From assembly GCA_963814585.1 (NCBI GenBank), contig CAWFDF010000013.1, forward strand, positions 64,001-128,000: a stretch of 64,000 bases of DNA. Reading direction: 5' to 3'. This stretch comes from an uncultured delta proteobacterium (GTDB taxonomy: Bacteria; Myxococcota; Myxococcia; Myxococcales; Anaeromyxobacteraceae). Below are positions 33,436 through 42,571 of the stretch, in pieces. The position numbers and the translations under genes were made by a program. Position 1 is the stretch's first letter; each line of letters begins with the position of its first letter. The notes below the pieces were generated by a model. That model had not been told where the DNA came from. It was given only the letters and a program-made list of their open reading frames with translations, and searched no databases.

Positions 33436-33524
33436 CCCGGCTCCTCCCGTCCATCCACCTTGATGCCGCCCTTGGACTCCGCGACGGGGCCGGACCCCGC
33501 GCCCGCGACCGCCTGGCCGGCTGG

Positions 33525-33707
33525 CTAGTGCCGCGCCCCAGGCAAGATGCCTACTGCGAGAGCCGATCCTCTCGCTGCGGCAGGCGGCCTCGTCGGTCCG
33601 CTGCTCAGCGTAGCGCTGCTACGCTTCCGCTGCTCCCTCCTCGGGCGCCAGCCTCGCTTCGGTCTCGGCTCTCTCGTCACGTCATCTTGCCTGGGGCGCG
33701 GCACTAG
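33525..33707 (+). mobile_element. MITE-like palindromic element, copy 2 (intact, 183 bp)
   Basis: Perfect 25-bp TIR CTAGTGCCGCGCCCCAGGCAAGATG / CATCTTGCCTGGGGCGCGGCACTAG, subterminal pairing, central AGCGTAGC-GCTACGCT hairpin; second copy at 21651-21824. Confidence 0.9.
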
Positions 33708-34123
33708 TGCACCGCGCCGCCCGGGACGCCGCGACCCAGGACCTCGCGCATCCGGCCGGTCAGCCCGGGCATGTCGATGGGCTTGGAGAAGTAGGCCACC
33801 GCCCCGGCCTCCAGCCCGGTCCGCTCGTCCTCCGGGCTCTTGCGCGCCGAGATGAAGATGACCGGGATGTCGGCAAAGGTCGGGTTGCGCTTGATGGCCC
33901 GGCAGAGCTCGAAGCCGTCGATCCAGCTCATCATCACGTCGAGCAGGATCACGTCGGGGCGATCGACGTGCATGGCGGAGATGAGCCGCAGCCCGTTGGC
34001 CGCCTGGCCGACCTCGAACCCCTCCAGCTCCAGCGCCAGCGTCAGCATCTCGCGCGTGTCGCGATCGTCGTCGACGATGATGACACGCGGACGGGCGACG
34101 GTCGGGCTGGCGGCGGGCTTCAC
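33704..34123 (-). CDS. Single-domain response regulator
   Basis: IIVDDD, PDVILLDVMMS, FISAR, YFSKP; GTGA overlap with the xseB stop. Confidence 0.9.
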   Translation of the reverse strand: MKPAASPTVARPRVIIVDDDRDTREMLTLALELEGFEVGQAANGLRLISAMHVDRPDVILLDVMMSWIDGFELCRAIKRNPTFADIPVIFISARKSPEDERTGLEAGAVAYFSKPIDMPGLTGRMREVLGRGVPGGAVH

Positions 34124-34380
34124 GGAGGATCCCGCTCCAGCGGCGCGACGGTCTCCACGCCGGCCGCGTCCTTCACCAGCTGCTCGACCCGCCGCTCGGC
34201 CTCGTCGAGCTTCTGGCCGGCCTCGCGGGCCAGCCTGACGCCCTCGGCGAAGCGCTCCACCGACTGCTCCAGCGAGAGGTCGCCGGCCTCGAGCGCCTCC
34301 ACCACCTTCTCGAGGCGCCCCACCAGCCCGTCGTAGGACGCCTCGGCCACCTGCCCGGGCTTGTCGCTGGTCTTCGCCAC
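34120..34380 (-). CDS. xseB: Exodeoxyribonuclease VII small subunit
   Basis: RLEKVVEALEAGDLSLEQSVERFAEG...LDEAERRVEQL. Confidence 0.95.
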   Translation of the reverse strand: MAKTSDKPGQVAEASYDGLVGRLEKVVEALEAGDLSLEQSVERFAEGVRLAREAGQKLDEAERRVEQLVKDAAGVETVAPLERDPP

Positions 34381-34400
34381 CGTCTCCTCCGCTCTGCACT

Positions 34401-34429
34401 GACTTAGCCTCGCCGTCCCGACCGGTCAA
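34401..34429 (-). promoter_or_regulatory. Candidate internal sigma-70 promoter for xseB
   Basis: TTGACC-N17-TAAGTC just upstream of the xseB RBS. Confidence 0.35.
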
Positions 34430-35862
34430 CCCGCGCTCCCGCCGGCACCACCCCGCCCCCGGCCCGGCACCGGATCGTCGCCGGCGTCCAGCGCCGTCAC
34501 CTGGGCGTCGCACCAGCCCTCGCCCAGCGCCACGCGCAGCCCCTGGCCGGTCCGGAGCACCGCGCTTCGCGTCACCAGCCGGCCATCCCGGAGCGCCAGG
34601 GCGAAGCCGCGCTGCAGGAGCCGGGCCACGTTGGCCGGCTCCAGCCGGGCCGCGAGTCCGGCGAGACGCAGCGCCTCCCGGCGGAAAGTGATCGCTTGCC
34701 ACCCGTCGAGCCGCCGCCGCGCCGCCTCCACCCGCCCACGAAGCTGGCGCAGCCGGGCGCTGGGCTCGTGCCGCGACAGGCGGGAGCGCAGCGGCTCGAG
34801 CCTGGCCCGCCCGGCCTCGGCCGGCCGGAGCGCCCCCGCCTCGGCCCGCCGCAGCAGATCCTCCAGCCGGTGGCGCTGTGCCGAGAGCAGGTGCGTCGGG
34901 TCGCCCAGCTCGGCCACCAGGGCTCGCAGATCGCGCCGGCGCCCGTCGACGGCGGAGGCCACGGCCCGCCGCAGCCGGCCCCGCAGCCCGGCCAGCACCG
35001 CCAGCAGGTCGTCACGCACCGGGGCCACCAGCTGGGCCGCGTGCGTCGGCGTGGCGGCGCGGGCGTCGGCCACCAGGTCCGCCACCGTCACGTCGATCTC
35101 GTGCCCCACCGCCGAGACCACCGGCACCGGCGAGGCGGCGATGGTCCGGGCCAGCAGCTCGTCGTTGAAGGTCCAGAGATCCTCGCGCGAGCCGCCGCCG
35201 CGGGTCACCACGATCACGTCGACGCCCTGGCGCGCCAGGGCCTGGATCGCCGCCGCCACCGTCGCCGCCGCCCCCTCCCCCTGCACCCGGCACGGCGACA
35301 CCAGCACCGGCAGCCCCGGGAAGCGGGTGTGGAGCACGCGCAGGAAGTCGGCCAGGGCCGCGGTGGTGGTGCTGGTGGCCACGCCGACGCGGCGCGGCAG
35401 GAACGGCAGCGGGCGCTTGCGGGACTCGGCGAAGAGCCCCTCCGCCGCCAGCCGGGCCTTCAGCTGCTCGAGCTGCAGCGCCTGCGCCCCGGCCCCGTGC
35501 GGCTCCACCTCGCTGGCCACCAGCTGGTACTTGCCGTGGGGCGGGTAGATCTCCACGCGCCCGCGGACCACCAGCTCCAGACCCTCCTCCAGCTCGAAGC
35601 GCAGCCGCCGGGCCTGGGACGCCCAGAGCACGCAGGGGATCGTGGCGCCCTCGTCCTTGAGCGTGAAGTAGACGTGGCCGCTCGCCTGCACGCGAAGGTT
35701 GGCCGCCTCGCCGCGGACGTGGACGTCGTTGAAGCGCGGCTCCACGGCCGACTTGAGCGCCTGGGTGAGCTGGAGCACGGTGAGCGGCGCGGCGGGACCG
35801 GACGGGCTCCGGGCCGCGAACAGGTCGCCGGTCTCCGGGGGGCGGCGCGGCGGACGGCTCAC
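34426..35862 (-). CDS. xseA: Exodeoxyribonuclease VII large subunit
   Basis: SGHVYFTLKD, RGGGSREDLWTFN, SAVGHEID, RAATPT; GTGA overlap with the otsB stop. Confidence 0.95.
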   Translation of the reverse strand: MSRPPRRPPETGDLFAARSPSGPAAPLTVLQLTQALKSAVEPRFNDVHVRGEAANLRVQASGHVYFTLKDEGATIPCVLWASQARRLRFELEEGLELVVRGRVEIYPPHGKYQLVASEVEPHGAGAQALQLEQLKARLAAEGLFAESRKRPLPFLPRRVGVATSTTTAALADFLRVLHTRFPGLPVLVSPCRVQGEGAAATVAAAIQALARQGVDVIVVTRGGGSREDLWTFNDELLARTIAASPVPVVSAVGHEIDVTVADLVADARAATPTHAAQLVAPVRDDLLAVLAGLRGRLRRAVASAVDGRRRDLRALVAELGDPTHLLSAQRHRLEDLLRRAEAGALRPAEAGRARLEPLRSRLSRHEPSARLRQLRGRVEAARRRLDGWQAITFRREALRLAGLAARLEPANVARLLQRGFALALRDGRLVTRSAVLRTGQGLRVALGEGWCDAQVTALDAGDDPVPGRGRGGAGGSAG

Positions 35863-36632
35863 CGGGCCCTTCCCCGCCCCGGCTGGCGCAGGGAGAGCAG
35901 CCGCGACAGCAGCTCGTCCACCTGGCCCTGGGAGGCCAGCCGCCACGGCGCCAGCGATTGGCCCGGCCCGACGTGCACGCCCAGCACCAGCGGCGGCCCC
36001 ACCGCGAAGGCGTCCTCGTCGGTCACGTCGTCGCCGAGGTAGAGAGCGGCGCCGAGCTTCAGCCTGGCCAGCAGGGTGCGGATGGCGTCGCCCTTGTTGG
36101 GGAACTGGCGGGGGATGACGTTGAGCACCCTCTTGCCGGCCACCAGCCGCGTCCCGGCCAGCTGGTTGGCGGCGGCGTAGGCGGCCTGCTCGGAACGCCG
36201 CCACGCCCGCGCCAGCCCGTAGTGGACGGCCAGCGTCGACCGCTTGTCCTCGAAGTAGATCCCCGGCAGCCCCTCCAGCGCCGCCTCCAGCTGCCGCCGC
36301 CATCCCCGCACCTGGCGCAGCACCGCCGCCGGCACCGGCCGGGCGTGGAGGAGCTCGAAGCCGTGGTTCCCCACCACGTAGGGGGCCACGCCCTCGGTCA
36401 GCCGATGGGTGTGCGTCCAGCTCCGGCCCGAGACCGCCGCCACCGGGTAGACGCGCGCCAGCCGGGCCAGCAGGTCACGGGTGGTCCGGCGCATGCCGGC
36501 GCCCCCCGGGTCACGCACCAGCGGGGCCAGCACGCCGTCGTAGTCGAAGGCCAGCAGGACGGGGTTGGGCGCCTCGACGCCGGCGAAGCGCTCGAGGATG
36601 CCGCGGTGGGAGGGGTGGAGGATGTCCCGCAT
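35859..36632 (-). CDS. otsB: Trehalose-6-phosphate phosphatase (HAD IIB)
   Basis: FDYDGVLAP, VSGR, GNHGFE, EDK...VHY, NKGDA, GDDVTDEDAF. Confidence 0.88.
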   Translation of the reverse strand: MRDILHPSHRGILERFAGVEAPNPVLLAFDYDGVLAPLVRDPGGAGMRRTTRDLLARLARVYPVAAVSGRSWTHTHRLTEGVAPYVVGNHGFELLHARPVPAAVLRQVRGWRRQLEAALEGLPGIYFEDKRSTLAVHYGLARAWRRSEQAAYAAANQLAGTRLVAGKRVLNVIPRQFPNKGDAIRTLLARLKLGAALYLGDDVTDEDAFAVGPPLVLGVHVGPGQSLAPWRLASQGQVDELLSRLLSLRQPGRGRAR

Positions 36633-36713
36633 GGACGACCGGATGCCGGATGATAGCACCCGGCCGGCGCAGGGATCGCGTGTGTTCCACCCATCCGGGC
36701 GTAGAATGGCGGC

Positions 36714-38600
36714 GTGCCGCGCATCCTGCTCGCCGAGGCGCACGCCTCGACCCGCGAGATCATCCAGAAGAGGCTCGTTGACTCCGGGTTCGAAGTGTCG
36801 ATCTCCGACACCTGCGAGGCCGCGCCGGAGCTCTACGCCGCCCAGCGCCCCGATGCCGTGGTGCTGGCCGTGACCTCGGAGGGGGCGCCCGAGGCGGCGC
36901 GCCGCCTCCACGAGCTGGACCGGCGCCTGGTGCTGGTGGCGCTCGACCACGGCCACCTGGAGGAGCCGCTCGGGGCCGACGCCGTGGAGTCGCTCCGGGC
37001 CAACGCCTACGTCGAGACCCCGCTCGGCCGGGAGCTGGCCGACCAGCTCTCGCTCCTCATCGGTCAGGCCGCCGCCGCCCGCGCCCGGCTCTCGGGCGTG
37101 GCCCTGCTCCTGGCCCGTCCACCGGCCGCCGCCGGCGAGGTCAAGCCCGGCGTGGTGGCGAGGCTCGTCCACCAGATCTGGCGCTCCACCAGCGACGGGG
37201 TCCTGGTGCTCGAGGGCGGCGGGCCCGAGCGGCGGATCTTCTTCCAGCGTGGCTCGCCGGTGGCGGTCGAGTCGTCGGAGCCCGGCGAGGCCCTCTCCGG
37301 CTGGTTCGACGCCACCGGGCGGCTCGACGAGGCGGCTCGCGAGGCCGTCCAGGACGCCGTGGCCGGCGGGCTCTCGGCCGGCGCCGCGCTCATCGCGGCG
37401 GGCGTGGTGGAGCCGGGCGAGGGGCTCCTGGCGGCGCTGCGCGCCCACCTCCGATCGCTGCTGGTCACCGTGGTGGGCGCCTCGAGCGGCCGCTGGCGCT
37501 TCCACGTCGGCGACGAGTTCACCGCCCAGCGCCAGACCGTGGAGGTGCTGCCGCTGGCGCCGCTGCTGGAGGGGGCGCGCGCCCACCTGGACGTGAAGCA
37601 CTTCGCCGACGCGCTCAAGGCGGTGCTCGACGCCGTTCCCAGCCGCACCGTCGAGTGCGCCAAGCTCGTCACGCTGGTCGGGCTCGGGGTCTCGGACCAG
37701 CGGCTGCTGCAGGCGCTCGACGCGCGGCCCACCACCAGGGCCTTCCTCGAGGCGCGCAAGGCGGACCTCAAGGAGGCGCTCTCGCTCCTCTGGTTCCTCT
37801 CGCTCATCGGCGCGGTGGTCTTCCACGAGCTCAGCGCCGGCCCGGCCCGGGGGGCTCCTGGTGCGGAGCACGCCGGGCCGAGCCGCCCACCGCTGCCGCC
37901 GGACCGAGCCGAGGCGGTCCGGCAGGCGGCGCTGCGCATCCTCCCGGGCACCTACTTCCACGCGCTCGGCGTCGACATCGCCGCCGACACGGAGGAGGTC
38001 GAGCGTGCCTACCGCGAGGTCTCGGGGCGCTTCCACCCCGACGCCTTCGCCGACTGGGAGGTGGGCGACCTCCACGACCTCCTGCTCTCGGTGCAGGACA
38101 AGGTGTCGGCGGCCCAGCGCGTCCTCTCCACCGAGGAGAAGCGGCGCCAGTACCTCTCCTTCCTGCTGCTCAAGTTCGAGCTGGCCGGGGTGCGCAGCCC
38201 CGGGATCGTCCTCGACGCCGAGCTGGCGCTGAAGCGCGGCGAGCGGGCGCTGCGGGCCCGCCGGGCCGACGACGCGGTCATGGAGCTGCGCCAGGCGGCC
38301 GCGCTCAACGCGCGCGAGCCGGAGTACCTGGCCATGCTCGGCTTCGCGGAGCTGGTGGCGCCCGGCGGCGCCATCGGCGACCGGGCGGAGGCCGCCATCG
38401 TCTCCGCGCAAGGGGCCCTGGCGCTCGATCCCGGCCACTCCCGCGCCCTGGTGGTGCTGGCGCTGGCCGAGGAGGCGGCCGGGCGCCTGGAGGCGGCGCG
38501 TGAGGCGGCGCTGCGCGCGCTCCGGGCCCACCCCGGGAGCGAGCTGGCCCGGCGGGTGCTGGCGCGGGTGGGCCGGCTCGCACCCGCGGGCCGCGCCTGA
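36714..38600 (+). CDS. Multidomain protein: degenerate receiver, DUF4388-like region, J-domain, TPR
   Basis: Receiver-like N-terminus (RILLAE...RPDAVVLA); GVLVLE...RRIFFQRG; YFHALGV...VERAY...FHPD J-domain; C-terminal TPR-like helices. Confidence 0.75.
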   Translation: MPRILLAEAHASTREIIQKRLVDSGFEVSISDTCEAAPELYAAQRPDAVVLAVTSEGAPEAARRLHELDRRLVLVALDHGHLEEPLGADAVESLRANAYVETPLGRELADQLSLLIGQAAAARARLSGVALLLARPPAAAGEVKPGVVARLVHQIWRSTSDGVLVLEGGGPERRIFFQRGSPVAVESSEPGEALSGWFDATGRLDEAAREAVQDAVAGGLSAGAALIAAGVVEPGEGLLAALRAHLRSLLVTVVGASSGRWRFHVGDEFTAQRQTVEVLPLAPLLEGARAHLDVKHFADALKAVLDAVPSRTVECAKLVTLVGLGVSDQRLLQALDARPTTRAFLEARKADLKEALSLLWFLSLIGAVVFHELSAGPARGAPGAEHAGPSRPPLPPDRAEAVRQAALRILPGTYFHALGVDIAADTEEVERAYREVSGRFHPDAFADWEVGDLHDLLLSVQDKVSAAQRVLSTEEKRRQYLSFLLLKFELAGVRSPGIVLDAELALKRGERALRARRADDAVMELRQAAALNAREPEYLAMLGFAELVAPGGAIGDRAEAAIVSAQGALALDPGHSRALVVLALAEEAAGRLEAAREAALRALRAHPGSELARRVLARVGRLAPAGRA

Positions 38601-38635
38601 CCCGGGGGCGGTGGCGCCGCCTCCCGCCCCGCCGA

Positions 38636-39604
38636 TCAGGCCGCCGGGGCCGGCAGCCCCTGCCCGGCCATCCCGCGGTGGACCACGTCGACCAGCGCGG
38701 CGATGAAGTCGGGGCGAGTCCCCAGCGCCGGCACGCGCCGGTAGAGCACGGCGCCGGCCCTCTCGGCCGCCCCCTTCGCCAGGATGTCCATGTCGTAGAG
38801 CGTCTCGAGGTGCTCGGAGACGAAGGCGATGGGGACGGTCACCACCGCCCGTCCGGCGGCGTTGGCCTCGAGGAAGTGGACGGTGTCGGGGCCGAGCCAG
38901 GCTGCCGGCCCGACCCTCGACTGGAAGGTGATCTGCCAGTCGGTGACGCCCGCCCGGCGGGCGGTCTCGCGCGAGGAGATCTCGACGTAGCGCGGATAGG
39001 GATCGCCCTTCCTCACCTGGCTCATGGGCAGGCCGTGGGCGCTGAAGACCACCAGCGCCTTCTCTCGCTGCCCGGCCGGCAGCCCGTCCAGCACCTCGCG
39101 CAGCGCGGCCGCCGAGGCGTCGAGGTAGCCGGGGTGGTCGTGCCAGGTGCAGATCTCCGCCAGCGGCCTCTCCTTCGGCCAGAGCCGGCGCAGCTCGACC
39201 AGCGAGCTGAGCGTGGTGGCGTTGGCCCACTGCGGGTAGAGCGGCAGCGCCACCGCCCGGTCGGCGCCGCGCGCCAGCGCCTCGCGCACCCCCTCGGCGG
39301 TGGAGGGATGGCCGCAGCGCATGGCGAGGTGGCAGGCGTAGCCCGGGCCGAGCGCCGCCTCCAGCGCCCGGGCCTGGGCCTCGGTCCCTGCGACCAGGGG
39401 GCTCCCGCCGCCGATGAGGGCGTACTTCGCGGCCGAGGAGGGGGCCCGCAGCCTGGAGATGAGCCGGGCGACGAGCGGCCGGAAGGGCCCGAACGGCGCC
39501 GAGATGAGGAGCGGGTCGCTGAAGAGCTCGAAGAGGTACGGCTCCACCTCGGCCAGGCTGCGCGGCCCGCCCAGGTTCATCAGGAAGACCGCGGTGTGGG
39601 GCAT
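38636..39604 (-). CDS. hemH: Ferrochelatase
   Basis: LMNLGGP, IGGGSPL, LPLYPQW, FSAHGLP, FQSRVG..WLGP, FVSEHLETLYDMD. Confidence 0.95.
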   Translation of the reverse strand: MPHTAVFLMNLGGPRSLAEVEPYLFELFSDPLLISAPFGPFRPLVARLISRLRAPSSAAKYALIGGGSPLVAGTEAQARALEAALGPGYACHLAMRCGHPSTAEGVREALARGADRAVALPLYPQWANATTLSSLVELRRLWPKERPLAEICTWHDHPGYLDASAAALREVLDGLPAGQREKALVVFSAHGLPMSQVRKGDPYPRYVEISSRETARRAGVTDWQITFQSRVGPAAWLGPDTVHFLEANAAGRAVVTVPIAFVSEHLETLYDMDILAKGAAERAGAVLYRRVPALGTRPDFIAALVDVVHRGMAGQGLPAPAA

Positions 39605-39621
39605 GGTCTCGGGCGCCCCGG

Positions 39622-40998
39622 CTAGACGGTGCGCGAGAAGCGCTTGGCGGCGTCGCCCTTCTTCAGGAAGGCGTCGAAGAGCATGGCGACGTTGCGGACC
39701 AGCAGCTGACCCAGCGGCTTCACGGTGAGGACGCGGCCGTCGAAGGCGACCAGGCCGTCGGCCACCAGCTCGTCCAGGCCGGCCCCCAGGTCGGCCTCGA
39801 TGGCGGCCCGCGCCGGCGCACCGAACTCGCGCTCCACCTCGCCGAGGTCCAGCTTCAGCTGGCACATCACCCGGTTGATGACGAAGCGGCGCAGCACGTC
39901 GTCGGCCGTCATGGCCGCGCCCCGCTCCACCGGGATCTGGCCGGCCTCCACCGCCGCCTCCCAGTCCTTCAGCTTGTGGGGGTTCTGCCCGTAGGCCCCG
40001 CCCACGTCGGAGATGGAGGAGACGCCGAAGGCCAGGGTGTCGTCGGCCGGCCGCACCGTGTAGCCCTGGAAGTTGCGGAACATGGTGCCGGCCGCCTGCG
40101 CCTTCGCCAGCTCGTCGCGCTCCTGGGCGAAGTGGTCGAGGCCGATGAGCCGGTAGCCGTCGCCGGTGAAGGCCTCCACCGTCTGGAGGAACTGGCGGAC
40201 GCGGGCCTCGGGGTCGGGCAGCGCCTCCTTGGGCAGGAGGTTCTGGTGCGGCTTGAACCACGGGGTGTAGGCGAAGCCGAAGACCGCCATCCGGTCGGGG
40301 CGCATCGCCAGGATGCGGCGCAGCGTGTCGGCCCAGCTCTCCGGGGTCTGGTAGGGCAGGCCGTAGATCAGGTCGAGGTTGACGCCGTGGTACCCGCTGG
40401 CTCGCGCCGCCTCGACGAGATCGGCGGTCTCCTGCTCCCCCTGGATGCGGCCGACCGTCTCCTGCACCTTCGGGTCGAAGTCCTGCACCCCCATGGAGAT
40501 GCGGTTGAAGCCGAGCTTGGCCAGCGTCTCGACCTGCGAGCGGGTGGTGATGGCCGGGTCGATCTCGACGGCCAGCTCGGCGTCGGGAAGGAACTCGAAG
40601 TGGCGTGCCAGGATGGCGTGGCAGCGGGTCAGCTGCCTCTCGTCGAGGAAGGTGGGGGTGCCGCCGCCCCAGTGGAGCTGCGAGACCTTGCGCCGGGTCG
40701 GCAGGTGGGCCGTCACCAGCGCCACCTCCTTCTCCAGCACGTCCAGGTAGGCGTCGGCGCGGCTGCGATCGTGGGTGGCGACGACGTTGCAGCCGCAGAA
40801 GCGGCACATCTCCCGGCAGAACGGCAGGTGCACGTAGATGGAGAGCGGCCCGCCCGCCGCCTCGGCCCGCTTCAGGTGCTCGACGTAGCGCGGCGCCTTG
40901 AAGTCCTCCTTCCACTCCGGCGCGGTCGGGTAGCTGGTGTAGCGCGGCCCCGGCCGGTCGTACTTCTTGATCAGGTCCCAGGAAGGTATCTGCAGCAC
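39622..40998 (-). CDS. hemN: Oxygen-independent coproporphyrinogen III oxidase
   Basis: GPRYTSYPTA, HLPFCREMCRFCGC radical-SAM motif, WGGGTPT, GLDHFA, RNFQGY. Confidence 0.97.
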   Translation of the reverse strand: MLQIPSWDLIKKYDRPGPRYTSYPTAPEWKEDFKAPRYVEHLKRAEAAGGPLSIYVHLPFCREMCRFCGCNVVATHDRSRADAYLDVLEKEVALVTAHLPTRRKVSQLHWGGGTPTFLDERQLTRCHAILARHFEFLPDAELAVEIDPAITTRSQVETLAKLGFNRISMGVQDFDPKVQETVGRIQGEQETADLVEAARASGYHGVNLDLIYGLPYQTPESWADTLRRILAMRPDRMAVFGFAYTPWFKPHQNLLPKEALPDPEARVRQFLQTVEAFTGDGYRLIGLDHFAQERDELAKAQAAGTMFRNFQGYTVRPADDTLAFGVSSISDVGGAYGQNPHKLKDWEAAVEAGQIPVERGAAMTADDVLRRFVINRVMCQLKLDLGEVEREFGAPARAAIEADLGAGLDELVADGLVAFDGRVLTVKPLGQLLVRNVAMLFDAFLKKGDAAKRFSRTV

Positions 40999-41005
40999 GG
41001 CGACC

Positions 41006-42052
41006 TCACTTCCAGCGGTAGGCGTGGACGGCCTCGACCACCGCCTTGACGTTCTCGGGCGGCGTCCCCACCTGGATGCCGTGGCCCAGGTTGAAGATGT
41101 AACCGGGGGCCGGGCCGGCCGCCTTGCAGATGCCGAGCGCCTTCCGGACGCTCGCCTCGGCCGAGCTGAGCATGACCGTCGAGTCGAGGTTGCCCTGCAC
41201 CGCCACGCCGGGGATGCGGCGGCGCGCCTCGTCGATGGGGATGCGCCAGTCGACCGAGACCACGTCGAAGCCGAGCTGGGCGATCCGCTCGAGGTGGCCG
41301 GAGAGCCCGGTGCCGAAGAAGATGGACGGCACGCCCGCCTTCCTCACCGCCTCGGCGATGCGGACCAGGTAGGGGAAGGAGAACGCCTCGAGGTCCTCGC
41401 GGTCCAGCTCGCCGAGCCAGCTCTCGAAGATCTGGGCGGCGTGGGCGCCGGCGGCGATCTGCTCCTCGATCTGGACGATGGCGGCCCGGGTGAGCTTCTC
41501 GAAGAGGGCGTGGGCGGCCGCCGGATCGGCGTAGAGCATGGTCTTGAGGCGCGTGAACCCCTGGCTGCCCCCCTCGACCACGTAGCTGGCCACCGTGAAG
41601 GGCCCACCCACGAAGCCGATGAGCGGGACCCGCCCGGCCAGCCCGGCGTTGATGGCGCGGATCCCGTCGAGCACGTACTTGAGGTCGCGGGTCGGCACCG
41701 GGACCTTGAGGGCGTCGACGTCGGCGCGGGTGCGGACCGGGTTGGCGATCTTCGGCCCGCCGTCGCCCTTGCCCTTCTCGCCCTTCTCGAAGGTGAGGTC
41801 GAGCCCCATGGCCGGGAGGTGGACCAGGATGTCGGAGAAGAGGATCGCGGCGTCGAAGCCGAACTCGTCGATGGGCGCGCAGGTCACCTGCGCGATCAGC
41901 TCGGGGGAGCGACAGAGCTCGAGGAAGCCGACCTGCTGGCGGACGGCCCGGTAGCTCGGCTGGTAGCGGCCGGCCTGGCGCATCATCCAGACGGGCAGGC
42001 GGTCGACGGGGCGGCGGTGGCAGGCCTCGAGGAAGCGGTGGGTGGCGGGCAT
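41006..42052 (-). CDS. hemE: Uroporphyrinogen decarboxylase
   Basis: PVWMMRQAGRY, DAAILFSDIL, QGNLD, FNLGHGI. Confidence 0.97.
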   Translation of the reverse strand: MPATHRFLEACHRRPVDRLPVWMMRQAGRYQPSYRAVRQQVGFLELCRSPELIAQVTCAPIDEFGFDAAILFSDILVHLPAMGLDLTFEKGEKGKGDGGPKIANPVRTRADVDALKVPVPTRDLKYVLDGIRAINAGLAGRVPLIGFVGGPFTVASYVVEGGSQGFTRLKTMLYADPAAAHALFEKLTRAAIVQIEEQIAAGAHAAQIFESWLGELDREDLEAFSFPYLVRIAEAVRKAGVPSIFFGTGLSGHLERIAQLGFDVVSVDWRIPIDEARRRIPGVAVQGNLDSTVMLSSAEASVRKALGICKAAGPAPGYIFNLGHGIQVGTPPENVKAVVEAVHAYRWK

Positions 42053-42240
42053 AGAGGGGGCGCATCTTAGTCGAAGGGGGGAGGAAGGGAATACCCGTCT
42101 GGGGCGGAAATGGCGTGGGGCAAGGCTGCACGGAGTCCGCGAGAGGCAGCGCTGGGCCCCACGCAGGGCCGAGCCACCCCGGCCCGGCTCCAGGCCCCGC
42201 GGGAGGGCCCCGGGGCCGGCAGCGCGTGGCGGCCGTGGGC

Positions 42241-42555
42241 TCAGCGGTCCGGATCGAGCGCCGCCACCACCGCCGCCGCCGCCACGCCCGCCACCCGCAC
42301 CGACTTGCGCCGGCCGGTCTCGCCGCGCAGCACCGCCACATCCGCCTTCTTCACCCGGAGCGCGCCGGCCAGGAACTCCACCAGCGCGGCGTTGGCCTCG
42401 CCGTCCACCGGCGGCGCCGCCAGCTGCACCCTGAGCCGCCCATCGTGCTCCCCGACGACGCGGGTCCGGGAGGCGCGCGGCTGGATGAGCAGCTCGAGCG
42501 TCACCGCCCCGCCCTGGGCCCGGAGCCAGGCCGGGAGGGCCCCTGCCCCGGCCAT
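42241..42555 (-). CDS. DUF167 (YggU) family protein
   Basis: QPRASR...APPVDGEAN...GETGRRKSV. Confidence 0.88.
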   Translation of the reverse strand: MAGAGALPAWLRAQGGAVTLELLIQPRASRTRVVGEHDGRLRVQLAAPPVDGEANAALVEFLAGALRVKKADVAVLRGETGRRKSVRVAGVAAAAVVAALDPDR

Positions 42556-42571
42556 CAGGGCCTCACCCCGG

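Noticed and set aside
21651..33707. Composite transposon or invertible segment bounded by the two inverted MITE copies
   Set aside because: The enclosed ispA-dxs-tlyA keeps the expected orientation relative to xseAB outside; no transposase or recombinase; independent insertions are simpler
21736..33855. Short ORFs with near-identical text (MPTARADPLAAAGG...) at 21.8 kb and 33.5 kb
   Set aside because: They are translations of the MITE copies, with no sign of being genes
38636..42052. hemE-hemN-hemH cluster lacking a protoporphyrinogen oxidase as a sign of a new pathway
   Set aside because: hemG/hemJ/hemY is often encoded elsewhere; cannot be judged from one window
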